NCBI GenBank assembly: GCA_030592575.1
Contig: JAUVIV010000001.1
Span: 1-61,437, forward strand
DNA: 61,437 nt
Direction of reading: 5' to 3'
Source: a bacterium
GTDB lineage: Bacteria; Hydrothermota; UBA3073; JACQXS01
This document shows, piece by piece, positions 1 to 9,577 of the stretch. How positions within the stretch are numbered: position 1 is the first letter of the stretch; each line of letters starts with the position of its first letter. The notes under the pieces are model-generated. The model saw nothing but the letters and a program-made list of their open reading frames with translations, was not told where the DNA came from and did no database searches. The translations under genes were made by a program, and so were the position numbers.

Positions 1-151
1 AATATTTTATTGAAGGTTCTGGCAAGAGTCAAAAAGAAAAAGCTATTTTCCTTATTCACAAATTCCATAATCTTGCCTTTGCTCTTTTACTCAGATATTG
101 TAACCATCACTTAAAGACATTACAATTTATGCAATTTATGATTTAAAAACT

Positions 152-179
152 TTGCATTTACAAAAAACCATGTTATTTC
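152..179 (+). promoter_or_regulatory. sigma70-like promoter TTGCAT-N16-TATTTC, 10 nt upstream of ATG 190
   Basis: Hexamers and spacing read directly. Same architecture as several other promoters in this window. Confidence 0.35.
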
Positions 180-189
180 ATTTAAAATA

Positions 190-2586
190 ATGAAACATAT
201 TTTTCCACATATAAGAAAACCATTGAGATATATAGGAAACGAGATTGGTGCAGTGCATAAAGAGTGGGAACAAACTCTTGTTAAATTCGTTCTTTCTTAT
301 CCGGATATGTACGAACTTGGAATGAGCTGTCTTGGGACAAAAATAATTTACTCTCTATTAAACGCAAGAGACGACACGCTTTGTGAACGAGTTTTTGCTC
401 CGGCGCTTGACCTCGAAGAAGCATTACTCAAAACAAATACCCCTTATTGCTCTATGGAATCTGACATTCCATTAAATAAATTTGACTGCATCGGATTTAC
501 CCTACAATACGAACTCACTTACACTAATGTTTTGAATATACTGAAACTATCACAAATTCCTATTTACCGAGAAGCTCGAAATGAATCCGACCCTCTTGTC
601 ATTGCAGGTGGAAGTTGCACTTCAAATCCAGCTCCGATAGCAAAGTTTTTCGATTGCCTATTCATAGGAGAGGCAGAACAATCTCTTCCAAAATTCGTTG
701 ACCTTTTGGTAGAGCAAAAAAAGAACCACTTAACCCGACAGGAATTACTCAAAGAAACATCCAAGATACAGGGAATTTTTGTCCCCGGCATTAGCAAAAA
801 AGCAACTCGGGGTTCCTATGAAGAATTAAAAGATGAAGATTTCCCCCAAACTCCGATTCTGTCTTTTGTCGAAACTACACGAGATTCACTTATTATTGAA
901 ACCGCAAGAGGATGTACTCGTGGATGTAGGTTCTGTCAGGCAGGAATGATAGCCAGACCCTACAAAGAAAGACCTATTAAATCAGTGCTTGATTTGGTTA
1001 AAACAGGAATCCAGAAAACAGGATATAATGCCGTCTCTTTGCTTTCTCTCTCAATAGGCGACCACACTGAACTTATTCCAATTATCAAGGAAATCCAAAA
1101 ACAAGGCATAGAAGTCTCGCTTCCTTCACTCCGCGTAGAAACAATAACTCCTGAGCTCGTAAAATTAATAGGAAAAGGTGGAATAACTATTGCCCCCGAA
1201 ACAGGAACAGAAAGACTAAGAAAAAAAGTCAACAAGCCAATATCTGATGATGAATTATTGGCAACTTGTGAACTTGTAGCTCGTTACGGGTTTACTCATA
1301 TCAAACTATACTATATGCTTGGACTTCCGGGGGAAACACAACAAGACATAGACGGAATCATAAAACTCACTCGTCGCATCGCAAAAGCAATAAAAGGGAA
1401 AAAAGTAACAGCATCTCTTTCTCCTTTTGTCCCAAGACCACATACACCATTTCAATGGGAAGCCCAAGAAAGCGTTGAAGATATATCGCTAAAAATAAAA
1501 TATATCAAAAACAATCTACCTCGCGGAAACATAAAAGTAAAATACAGAGAGACGTTAATGGCCACGCTTGAAGGGATCTTTGCAAGAGGAGATGAAAAAC
1601 TAAGCGAGGTAATCGAAGAAGCTTGGAAAAACGGAGCAAGATTTGACGGTTGGAGTGATCATTTTAATTTCAGTCGATGGGAAGATGCTTTTCGTAAATT
1701 TGGAATAGATCCTTATGCTTATTTAAACAAGCGTTCAATGGACGCCCCTCTTGATTGGGACATAATAGACATGGGAATTGACAAGGAATGGCTAAAGAAA
1801 GAAGGAAAAAAACAAGAACCAACCACAGATTGTCGAATTGAAAGATGTTACGGATGCGGAGCTTGTAAAACACCCAACCCCATACCAATTGTAAAAAATA
1901 ACGAGATAGAAATACAACCCGTAAGTAACATCCGTTACGGAAGACCGCCAAAACGCAAAGACTCAGAGCATAATATAAAATTAAGATTTAGAGTAAAATT
2001 TGAAAAAACAGAGCAGTTAAAATTCTTAGGACATCTTGATTTTGTAAAAACAATAACTCGAACACTTAAGAGGGTAAACCTTCCTCTCGTATATTCTCAA
2101 GGATTTACAAAGCGACCAAGCATTTCATTCTCATCTCCAATTCCTTTTGGAATAACAAGCAGGGAAGAATATTTTGACATCTGGCTAAAATCACCTCCCT
2201 GCAAAGATATAAAAATTTTACTTAATAGCAAACTCCCCGATGGGCTTAAGATTTTGCAAGTAAGTCCAATAGTAGAAACCGCTCCTTCTTTGTTCGAGGA
2301 ATTAAAACGATGTGAATATAGAATAGCAGATATAAACGTGCCCGAGAAAACAATTCAAGAATTTATGTCAAAGAAGGAAGTATTGCTACGCGACATAAAT
2401 ATTCGTCCGGTAGTTCTCGCAATAGAATCCCAATGTGTAGGCGAGAAATCTCATCTTGTTTCTGACGAACTTACAATAACTATGCAAATAGGAAAAGTAA
2501 AACCCTGGTGGATTATCGAAGCATTGCTTGGAATCTCCGAGGATAAAGCAATTAACTTCAAGATAGAGAGGATTAAATATTGCTGA
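190..2586 (+). CDS. radical SAM protein fused to a C-terminal DUF2344-like (radical SAM-linked) domain
   Basis: 798 aa. CxxxCxxC motif in ARGCTRGCRFCQAG. The long C-terminal region resembles the protein usually encoded next to this radical SAM family. Confidence 0.75.
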   Translation: MKHIFPHIRKPLRYIGNEIGAVHKEWEQTLVKFVLSYPDMYELGMSCLGTKIIYSLLNARDDTLCERVFAPALDLEEALLKTNTPYCSMESDIPLNKFDCIGFTLQYELTYTNVLNILKLSQIPIYREARNESDPLVIAGGSCTSNPAPIAKFFDCLFIGEAEQSLPKFVDLLVEQKKNHLTRQELLKETSKIQGIFVPGISKKATRGSYEELKDEDFPQTPILSFVETTRDSLIIETARGCTRGCRFCQAGMIARPYKERPIKSVLDLVKTGIQKTGYNAVSLLSLSIGDHTELIPIIKEIQKQGIEVSLPSLRVETITPELVKLIGKGGITIAPETGTERLRKKVNKPISDDELLATCELVARYGFTHIKLYYMLGLPGETQQDIDGIIKLTRRIAKAIKGKKVTASLSPFVPRPHTPFQWEAQESVEDISLKIKYIKNNLPRGNIKVKYRETLMATLEGIFARGDEKLSEVIEEAWKNGARFDGWSDHFNFSRWEDAFRKFGIDPYAYLNKRSMDAPLDWDIIDMGIDKEWLKKEGKKQEPTTDCRIERCYGCGACKTPNPIPIVKNNEIEIQPVSNIRYGRPPKRKDSEHNIKLRFRVKFEKTEQLKFLGHLDFVKTITRTLKRVNLPLVYSQGFTKRPSISFSSPIPFGITSREEYFDIWLKSPPCKDIKILLNSKLPDGLKILQVSPIVETAPSLFEELKRCEYRIADINVPEKTIQEFMSKKEVLLRDINIRPVVLAIESQCVGEKSHLVSDELTITMQIGKVKPWWIIEALLGISEDKAINFKIERIKYC

Positions 2587-2648
2587 TCGTTTACAGCTCC
2601 TCAAAGATTTCTATTTTCGAGCACTCACAAAAAAGGAATCCTGAAAAA

Positions 2649-3620
2649 TTATATCTGTTCGGATTTCGGCTCACGAGTCATTAGGTCTCGTATCCCATCA
2701 CGAGGAGATTTCTCGTTAAAAAGAATTTCAGATACTTCGTGGGTTATTGGCATAGAAACTTTATATTTCTCTGATAATTTAACCGCAGCTTTTGTAGTAG
2801 AAACTCCTTCCGCCACTTCAATCATATTGCCAAGAATCTCGCGAAGACTTTCTCCTCGCCCAATTCGTTCTCCCACTTGTCTATTCCTTGAATCTTTACT
2901 GAACGACGTGGTAATAAGATCCCCTAGTCCTGATAGCCCCGCAAAGGTAAGCGGATCTGCACCCATTTTGGTTCCAATTCTCATAATTTCTCTTATTCCT
3001 CGAGAAAGGAGAGAGCCTTTTGCATTTACCCCAAGCTCTAACCCGTCACAAATCCCAGCAGCAAGAGCAATTACATTTTTTAAAGCTCCACCCATCTCAA
3101 CCCCAACGACATCAGTGCTTGTGTACATTCTAAAGAGCGAAGAATTAAACAATTTTTGGATAATTATGGCAGATTTCTCATTTACTCCAGCACATACACA
3201 AGATGTCGGAATTTCACGCACAACTTCTCTTGCAATAGTCGGTCCGGAGAGAACACAAATATTCTTTTGAGAGACCCCTGTTTCAGATTCTAAAATCTCC
3301 GACATCCTTTCAAGGCTTTGAACTTCAACCCCCTTCGCCACGGACAAGAGGATAGCATTAGATCCAGGGAATACCTTGCGAGCCACTTCTCGTATAACTT
3401 GAGAAGGCAAGGCAAAGACAATAAGTTCTGAGTCCAATATACTTTTTTCAAGATCCATTGAGATTTTAATATTTGAAGGAATTTTATAGCCCGGAAGATA
3501 TCTTTTATTTTCCCTATTTTCTATTTTTTCTATAGTCCACAAAGTTACTTCTGCTTTGTCTTTTAACATTATAGCTAAAGTCGTTCCCCAATTTCCAGCA
3601 CCAAGAATTGAAACTTTCAT
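2649..3620 (-). CDS. gpsA: NAD(P)H-dependent glycerol-3-phosphate dehydrogenase
   Basis: N-terminal Rossmann motif MKVSILGAGNWGT. Length 323 aa. GALKNVIA motif. Confidence 0.9.
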   Translation of the reverse strand: MKVSILGAGNWGTTLAIMLKDKAEVTLWTIEKIENRENKRYLPGYKIPSNIKISMDLEKSILDSELIVFALPSQVIREVARKVFPGSNAILLSVAKGVEVQSLERMSEILESETGVSQKNICVLSGPTIAREVVREIPTSCVCAGVNEKSAIIIQKLFNSSLFRMYTSTDVVGVEMGGALKNVIALAAGICDGLELGVNAKGSLLSRGIREIMRIGTKMGADPLTFAGLSGLGDLITTSFSKDSRNRQVGERIGRGESLREILGNMIEVAEGVSTTKAAVKLSEKYKVSMPITHEVSEILFNEKSPRDGIRDLMTREPKSEQI

Positions 3621-3881
3621 AAGATTACCTCACTCCCAAATGTATCAATTTTATTACAACAAATAAGCCAACAAAACTAATGTCTTTTACGATCTTCATC
3701 ATTTAGCAAAGAATATAACAAAAAATTTGTTTGTCAAAATAAAAATTTTTTCTCTTGACACATCAGGGACTAATTTGCTAATCTGAAAGAAGCTATAAAA
3801 AATGAATGTTAATAAGTCATCAAACTCAATGAATGATTTCCGTATCGTCCAGTTAAACAACAGAGTATGGACATCAATCAC

Positions 3882-3923
3882 TGTGGATAACTTTGTGGAT
3901 AATTCGACAGGCTTTTATCCTAA
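3882..3923. promoter_or_regulatory. DnaA-box cluster upstream of dnaA
   Basis: Perfect TGTGGATAA at 3882-3890 and 3894-3902. Near-match TTATCCTAA at 3915-3923. Confidence 0.7.
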
Positions 3924-3947
3924 AAGATTGAATTGTAATTAGTTAAG

Positions 3948-5264
3948 ATGTTAACCGAAGCAAAAAACTTATGGCAAGAGATACTTTGCCAAATAAAGGA
4001 TAAGATTCCTTCTCAAAATTATGAAACATGGCTTGAGCCAACCGAAGGAGAACATCTTACCCAAAATACTCTTTGGGTTAAGGTTCCCAATGCTTTTTTT
4101 ATAGATTGGATTGAGGAACATTATCATACAAATATTTATGAAATATTAGGAGCTCTAAATCAAGGACACTTAAAGGTCAAGTATAAATCCGTTGAAGGAG
4201 GCAGAGAAAGAAGTATTCCGAGTAAAGTTTATCAACCGGATTCATCTCATTTACAGCCAAGATATACCTTTGATAATTTTATTATAGGTGAGTCTAATAA
4301 ATTTGCTCGTGCTGCAGCAATAGCAGCAGCCAAAACTCCAGGCAGACAATATAACCCTCTTTTTCTTTATGGAAATGTTGGGCTTGGTAAAACGCACTTA
4401 CTTCAAGCTATTGGAAATTATATAAAAGAACATTTCTCCGGCTTAAAAGTATATTATCTTGGGTGTGAAGAATTTATGAATGAGATGATAGATGCAATTC
4501 AATCAAATAAAATGGTACAATTCAAGAATAAATACCGACGCAAAGATGCCTTATTAATAGATGATATTCAATTCCTTGAAGGAAAAGAAGGTTTGCAAGA
4601 AGAAATTTTCCATACATTTAATGCTTTGTACGATGAAGGAAAACAAGTAGTTTTCTCATCTGACAGACCACCTGGAGCATTAGCAAACCTTGAAGAGAGA
4701 CTTGTATCAAGGTTTCAAGGAGGTCTTGTTTGTGATATAAAACCTCCTGCATTTGAGACAAGAATAGCAATTTTAAAGAAAAAAATGGCTTCAACAGATG
4801 TTCATGTATCAGATGAAGTTATTTTATTCATAGCAAATAATATAAAAGGTAATATTCGGGAACTCGAAGGGGCTCTTGTTAAATTATTTGCTTTTGCTTC
4901 ACTTACCACCGGAACATTGGATATTGATAGGACAAAAGAACTACTCAGTGACTTACTTTCACAAAATACTCACGAGATAACCACAGGTAAAATCCAAAAA
5001 GTTGTAGCAAATCATTACAATATTTCATTGTCCAGTATGAGAGGTAAGCGTAGAATGAAATCTATAATACTTCCAAGAGACGTAGCAATATATTTATCAA
5101 GAGAATATACTGCCCTTTCTTTAAAAGATATAGGAAAAGAATTTGGTGGAAGAGATCATACAACTATAATTCATGCTTATAATAAGATAAAAAAATTATT
5201 AAACAAAGACAATGAACTTTTAGATGAAATTAACAACATTATAAAGTTAATAAAATGTGAATAA
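3948..5264 (+). CDS. dnaA: chromosomal replication initiator protein DnaA
   Basis: 438 aa. Walker A GNVGLGKTHLL. C-terminal DnaA signature RDHTTIIHAYNKI. Confidence 0.97.
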   Translation: MLTEAKNLWQEILCQIKDKIPSQNYETWLEPTEGEHLTQNTLWVKVPNAFFIDWIEEHYHTNIYEILGALNQGHLKVKYKSVEGGRERSIPSKVYQPDSSHLQPRYTFDNFIIGESNKFARAAAIAAAKTPGRQYNPLFLYGNVGLGKTHLLQAIGNYIKEHFSGLKVYYLGCEEFMNEMIDAIQSNKMVQFKNKYRRKDALLIDDIQFLEGKEGLQEEIFHTFNALYDEGKQVVFSSDRPPGALANLEERLVSRFQGGLVCDIKPPAFETRIAILKKKMASTDVHVSDEVILFIANNIKGNIRELEGALVKLFAFASLTTGTLDIDRTKELLSDLLSQNTHEITTGKIQKVVANHYNISLSSMRGKRRMKSIILPRDVAIYLSREYTALSLKDIGKEFGGRDHTTIIHAYNKIKKLLNKDNELLDEINNIIKLIKCE

Positions 5265-5273
5265 CTTTTTAAT

Positions 5274-5424
5274 GTGGATAACCCTATCCTTCTTAACATA
5301 TTTATTAACAACTTTTTGATATTGAAGACACAATCCTTGAAAAGTTTTGGATAACTTTTCAACTTATCCACAGGTCTTATTACTATTATTATATTATTTA
5401 ATATAATTTATATTACTTAAATAT
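5274..5424. other. candidate oriC core: DnaA boxes plus AT-rich unwinding region
   Basis: TGTGGATAA at 5274-5282, TTTGGATAA at 5346-5354 and TTATCCACA at 5364-5372. Then an almost pure A/T stretch at 5376-5424. Confidence 0.55.
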
Positions 5425-5437
5425 GGGGAAAACTTTA

Positions 5438-5533
5438 TTATTTGGATTTAAGAGCTCTAAAAATAAAATAACCTAATCCTCCGTATAGTATTATACATCC
5501 AAATATAAGCATTATTATAGCGGAAACAGGCAT
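5438..5533 (-). CDS. possible small hydrophobic single-TM peptide (31 aa, MPVSAIIMLIFGCIILYGGLGYFIFRALKSK)
   Basis: ATG-to-TAA ORF found by hand 11 nt downstream of the tsf stop. Below the ORF-track cutoff. No clear SD. Confidence 0.25.
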   Translation of the reverse strand: MPVSAIIMLIFGCIILYGGLGYFIFRALKSK

Positions 5534-5544
5534 TGAAGTTTTTA

Positions 5545-6135
5545 CTAAGATACGTTAAAGCGGGCAAATCTTTTTATATATATATTCTCTTTAAGCTTTC
5601 CAACAGATTCTTTTACTAACTCATCAATAGTAATTTCAGAATTTTTTATAAAAGGTTGTTCTATTAGACATACTTCTTTATAAAACTTTTCAAGTTTTCC
5701 TTGAGCAATTTTTTCTATTATTTTATCAGGTTTTCCAGATTCTTTTGCTTGAGTTTGGTATTGTTTGAGTTTATCCTCTATTGTTTCTTTTGGAATATTT
5801 TCTTTTGATACCCATTCAGGAGCAATTGCTGCTATCTGCATTGCAATATCTCTTGCAAGTTGCTTAAACTCAGGAGTTTTTGCAGCGAAATCTGTCTCAC
5901 ATCGTAGTTCAAGAATAACTCCAAGTCTTGAACCAGAATGAATATAAGATTCTATTATACCTTCTCCCGCAACTCTACTTGATTTTTCATCTGCTTTCAC
6001 AATTCCTTTTTTTCTTAAGTAATCAACTGCTTCATCTATATTATCAGATGCGAGTAAAGCACGTTTACAGTTCATAATGCCTGCATCTGTGAGCGTTCTT
6101 AATTCTTGTATTGACTCAAGGGTTATATCTTTCAT
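5545..6135 (-). CDS. tsf: translation elongation factor Ts (short form)
   Basis: N-terminal UBA-like TDAGIMNCKRAL motif. Lies downstream of rpsB. Confidence 0.9.
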   Translation of the reverse strand: MKDITLESIQELRTLTDAGIMNCKRALLASDNIDEAVDYLRKKGIVKADEKSSRVAGEGIIESYIHSGSRLGVILELRCETDFAAKTPEFKQLARDIAMQIAAIAPEWVSKENIPKETIEDKLKQYQTQAKESGKPDKIIEKIAQGKLEKFYKEVCLIEQPFIKNSEITIDELVKESVGKLKENIYIKRFARFNVS

Positions 6136-6848
6136 TTATCTTCTTTTCCTACGTATTTGTTAAATTCATTAGTTCCTTCTAAAACCGAATTTGCAATTGC
6201 AGTAGTTATTAATTTTACGGACTTCATTGAATCGTCATTTCCTGGAATTGGATAAGTTATGGTTCTTGGATCTACATTTGTATCAATAATTGCTATTATA
6301 GGAAGTCCAAGCTTTACTATTTCTTGAACAGCTAATTTCTCTTTTTTAATATTTGTAATGTAAGCAATTTCAGGAAGTGAGTCCATATCTTTTATCCCAT
6401 CCAAGCTACGATGCATTTTGACGAGTTTCTTATCAATAGATAATCTTTCTTTTTTGGTAAGTTTATTTAATTCGCCTTTTTCTTTTTGTTCTTCAAGAGA
6501 CTTCATTTTTTCAACACTTTTTCTTATTGTAGAAAAATTTGTAAGTGTTCCACCGAGCCATCGATGAACACAATAAAATGCTCCACATTCTATAGCATCA
6601 TCTTTTACTTCATCAGCGAATTGTCTTTTTGTTCCTACAAATAGTACTTTTCCACCTTTTTTTGTTATTTTATTTACTATTTCGCATGCACGATGGAGAA
6701 GGTCTAATGTTTTTTCCGGGTCAATTATACAAATTCCTTTACGTTCTGCAAATATATATGGCTCCATCCTTGGGTTCCAGCTTTCTCGTTTATGCCCAAG
6801 ATGAACACCTGCTTCTATTAAATCTCTTATATTTATCGTTTTGTCCAT
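6132..6848 (-). CDS. rpsB: 30S ribosomal protein S2
   Basis: LIEAGVHLGHKRESWNPRM motif. Start taken at MDKTINIRDL; the ORF extends to 6881. Confidence 0.9.
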   Translation of the reverse strand: MDKTINIRDLIEAGVHLGHKRESWNPRMEPYIFAERKGICIIDPEKTLDLLHRACEIVNKITKKGGKVLFVGTKRQFADEVKDDAIECGAFYCVHRWLGGTLTNFSTIRKSVEKMKSLEEQKEKGELNKLTKKERLSIDKKLVKMHRSLDGIKDMDSLPEIAYITNIKKEKLAVQEIVKLGLPIIAIIDTNVDPRTITYPIPGNDDSMKSVKLITTAIANSVLEGTNEFNKYVGKEDK

Positions 6849-7219
6849 TGGAATGATTTCCTTGCTTTCTTTTTTCCGCATTTTCTGCGTTCTTTTTCTC
6901 TTGGGTCTCGTGTTAGAAGTCCCTTGGGTTTTAACATTGCTCTGAATTCCGGGGAAACTTTTAAAAGTGCTCTTGCGATACCAAGAACCAATGCTCCTGC
7001 TTGACCCGCTACTCCTCCGCCTTTTATAATAGAAGTTGTGTCAAATTGAATATCGCTTTTTACTGTGTGAAAGGGTAGCTCAATATATTTCAAAAAGTCT
7101 TCCCTCTTAAAATATTCTTTGTAATCTTTCTTGTTTACAATTATACTTCCTGTTCCTTCTTTTAAAGTTACTTGAGCTGTTGCTCTTTTTCTTCTTCCTA
7201 TAGCTCTAATTTGTTCCAT
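6833..7219 (-). CDS. rpsI: 30S ribosomal protein S9
   Basis: GRRKRATAQV near the N-terminus. C-terminal KKARKSFQWTKR. Confidence 0.92.
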   Translation of the reverse strand: MEQIRAIGRRKRATAQVTLKEGTGSIIVNKKDYKEYFKREDFLKYIELPFHTVKSDIQFDTTSIIKGGGVAGQAGALVLGIARALLKVSPEFRAMLKPKGLLTRDPREKERRKCGKKKARKSFQWTKR

Positions 7220-7220
7220 A

Positions 7221-7616
7221 TTATATTTCCAGTTTAGTTGGAGATTGAGCTTTATGCGGATGCTCTACTCCTGCATATATCTTAAATTTATTTAACCTTT
7301 TAGCTCTTAATTTATTTTTGGGAAGCATTCCATGAACTGCATGATAAAGTATTCGTTCGGGATGCTCTTTCATCATACGATCAAATCTAATGAGTTTGAG
7401 TCCTGAAGGATATCCGGAGAATCGTTTGTAAAATTTCTTCTGTTCTTTGCCTCCGGTAACGACAACTTTATCAGCGTTTACACAGACAACAAAATCTCCA
7501 TCTTCTCTCCAAGGAACGTATGTAGGTTTGTTTTTACCTATAAGTATTCTTGAAATGTAAGTTGCAAGTCGTCCAAGAGACTGCCCATTTGCATCTATAA
7601 GCCACCATTTATTCAT
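7221..7616 (-). CDS. rplM: 50S ribosomal protein L13
   Basis: Start taken at MNKWWLIDANGQSLGRLA. The upstream 31 codons of the ORF overlap the promoter region. Confidence 0.9.
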   Translation of the reverse strand: MNKWWLIDANGQSLGRLATYISRILIGKNKPTYVPWREDGDFVVCVNADKVVVTGGKEQKKFYKRFSGYPSGLKLIRFDRMMKEHPERILYHAVHGMLPKNKLRAKRLNKFKIYAGVEHPHKAQSPTKLEI

Positions 7617-7625
7617 AGAGTGAGG

Positions 7626-7654
7626 AAAATAACACAAAAAAATATGCTTGTCAA
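7626..7654 (-). promoter_or_regulatory. promoter TTGACA-N17-TATTTT, 9 nt before the rplM ATG
   Basis: Minus-strand hexamers at 7654-7649 and 7631-7626, read directly. Confidence 0.5.
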
Positions 7655-7662
7655 GATTAAAA

Positions 7663-7690
7663 TTGACAAAAACTAAGATTAAGATATTTT
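7663..7690 (+). promoter_or_regulatory. promoter TTGACA-N16-TATTTT, 8 nt before the folK ATG
   Basis: Hexamers at 7663-7668 and 7685-7690. ATG at 7699. Confidence 0.5.
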
Positions 7691-7698
7691 TAATAACA

Positions 7699-8220
7699 AT
7701 GAGAAACATTTATCTTGGACTTGGTTCTAATATTGGCAACAGATTTGAAAATATTAAGTCTGCTATCTTGAAGCTTGTTTCTTTTTCAAATCTTGAGCTC
7801 TGTTCTTCTGTATGGGAAACTTCGCCATGGGGTTTTGTTTCGCAACCGACTTTCTTGAATTGTGTTGTCCGGATTGAATCATTGCTTAGTTCTCTGGATT
7901 TACTTAAGGAAATCTTGCGGATTGAAATTGAGCTGGGTAGAAAAAAGACCCAGAAATTTGGACCAAGAAGCATAGACATAGATATATTATTTTGTAATGG
8001 AAAAATTATAAATACCACAAAGCTTATAATTCCTCATCCTCGGTTACATAAGAGAAAATTTGCCCTCCTTCCCTTGAATGAAATTGCACCAGACTTTGTG
8101 CATCCTATATTGAAAAAAACTGTAAATGAAATGCTATGCTTGATAGAGCAATTTTCCATAGAAGAGAAATGCGAGCTTTTTATGAGCAGTGAGAAATTTC
8201 TTTTAGAAATAAAACTCTAA
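7699..8220 (+). CDS. folK: 2-amino-4-hydroxy-6-hydroxymethyldihydropteridine diphosphokinase (HPPK)
   Basis: IYLGLGSNIGNR N-terminus. PRSIDIDIL and IPHPRLHKRKFAL motifs. Confidence 0.85.
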   Translation: MRNIYLGLGSNIGNRFENIKSAILKLVSFSNLELCSSVWETSPWGFVSQPTFLNCVVRIESLLSSLDLLKEILRIEIELGRKKTQKFGPRSIDIDILFCNGKIINTTKLIIPHPRLHKRKFALLPLNEIAPDFVHPILKKTVNEMLCLIEQFSIEEKCELFMSSEKFLLEIKL

Positions 8221-8314
8221 ATATTTTTGCTTGACCAAATCTTTTCCGAAGTATAAAGTAAAAACAGATAGGTAAAGTTCATTGTTTTTTAACACAGCTC
8301 TTAATATAAATAAA

Positions 8315-9577
8315 ATGAAAGTATATAAAGTATCAGAGATTACGGCGGAAATAAAAGGGTTTTTGGAGAACGAATTTCCTGAAATTTGGATTGAAGGGGA
8401 AATAACAGATTATAGACCATCGTCTTCCGGACATCTTTATTTTAGCCTAAAAGACGAATTTGCATTAATCAGTTGCATAATATGGAAAGAAAATCGTACT
8501 CTTTCAACAGTGGGGTTAAAGAATGGTGCGAAAGTTAGGATGTTTGGTAATTTGCGAGTTTATGCAAAAGGCGGAAGATATAACCTGCAAGTTGAGCGAG
8601 TATATCCTATAGGAATAGGAGAGCTTCAAATTAAATTCGAAGAATTGAAGCAGAAGTTAGATAGGGAAGGACTTTTTGATATGTCGCACAAGAAGCCTCT
8701 TCCTAAATGGGTTAACCAAATAGGAATCGTTACGGCAATTAAAGGAGCGGTGATTCAAGATATGATTAAAGTTGCTCGCAGAAGATACCCCGGGATTCGT
8801 ATAATTGTGAGACCCTCAAAAGTTCAAGGAGAGGGGGCGGCACAAGATATTGCACAAGGAATACAAGAACTTAACGAGCAGGGGAAAATGGATTTACTTA
8901 TTGTCGGAAGAGGAGGAGGTTCAATCGAAGACCTTTGGGCTTTTAACGAGGAGGTAGTTGTGCGAGCAATATATGATTCGAAAATTCCCGTAATATCGGC
9001 AGTTGGACATGAAATTGACTGGACGATTGCAGACTTTGTGGCTGATATGAGGGCTCCAACTCCATCGGCAGCAGTTGAAATTGCAATTCCGGACAGCGAA
9101 GAGATTTTTGAAAAATTAAGTATTTTAGAGTATAGAATAGAGTACAACTTGAGAAAAAAGCTTGAAAATGCTTGGGATAAAATAAAGTCAATTGAGAAGA
9201 GTTATGGATTGAGGCAGGTTTTTGATTTAATACATACTCATTGGCAGACACTGGATGAGTTTGGTTATAGAATCGGCAAGTCTTTTGCTCATTCGTTGAA
9301 ACAAAAGGAAACCGAGATAGAGCTTATAACTCAGAGATTTTTCGGGACTGCGAGATATTTTATAGAAAGGGGTTTGCAAAAAATAAATATTGTTGACGCT
9401 AAGATGCAAGGGATAAATCCCCGTGCTACTTTAAAAAGGGGATATAGTGTTTGCTATAAACTTCCGGAAAGAAAAATAATTAAGACGAGCAAGGCTCTTT
9501 CACCCCAAGAAAAGATAGAAATTGAATTTTATGAAGGCAAGACAAAATGTGAGGTGTTAAATGCAAATGAAATTTGA
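8315..9577 (+). CDS. xseA: exodeoxyribonuclease VII large subunit
   Basis: OB-fold N-terminus with GEITDYRPSSSGHLYFSLKD. GRGGGSIEDLWAFNEE motif. Confidence 0.9.
   Translation: MKVYKVSEITAEIKGFLENEFPEIWIEGEITDYRPSSSGHLYFSLKDEFALISCIIWKENRTLSTVGLKNGAKVRMFGNLRVYAKGGRYNLQVERVYPIGIGELQIKFEELKQKLDREGLFDMSHKKPLPKWVNQIGIVTAIKGAVIQDMIKVARRRYPGIRIIVRPSKVQGEGAAQDIAQGIQELNEQGKMDLLIVGRGGGSIEDLWAFNEEVVVRAIYDSKIPVISAVGHEIDWTIADFVADMRAPTPSAAVEIAIPDSEEIFEKLSILEYRIEYNLRKKLENAWDKIKSIEKSYGLRQVFDLIHTHWQTLDEFGYRIGKSFAHSLKQKETEIELITQRFFGTARYFIERGLQKINIVDAKMQGINPRATLKRGYSVCYKLPERKIIKTSKALSPQEKIEIEFYEGKTKCEVLNANEI

Noticed and set aside
2827-3270. 147-aa + strand ORF inside gpsA, plus many similar antisense ORFs in the track (e.g. 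8824-9147, 25438-25893, 32239-32697, 52813-53130)
   Set aside because: They are shadow ORFs opposite strongly supported genes. Their composition reflects the complementary codons, and they have no independent signals.
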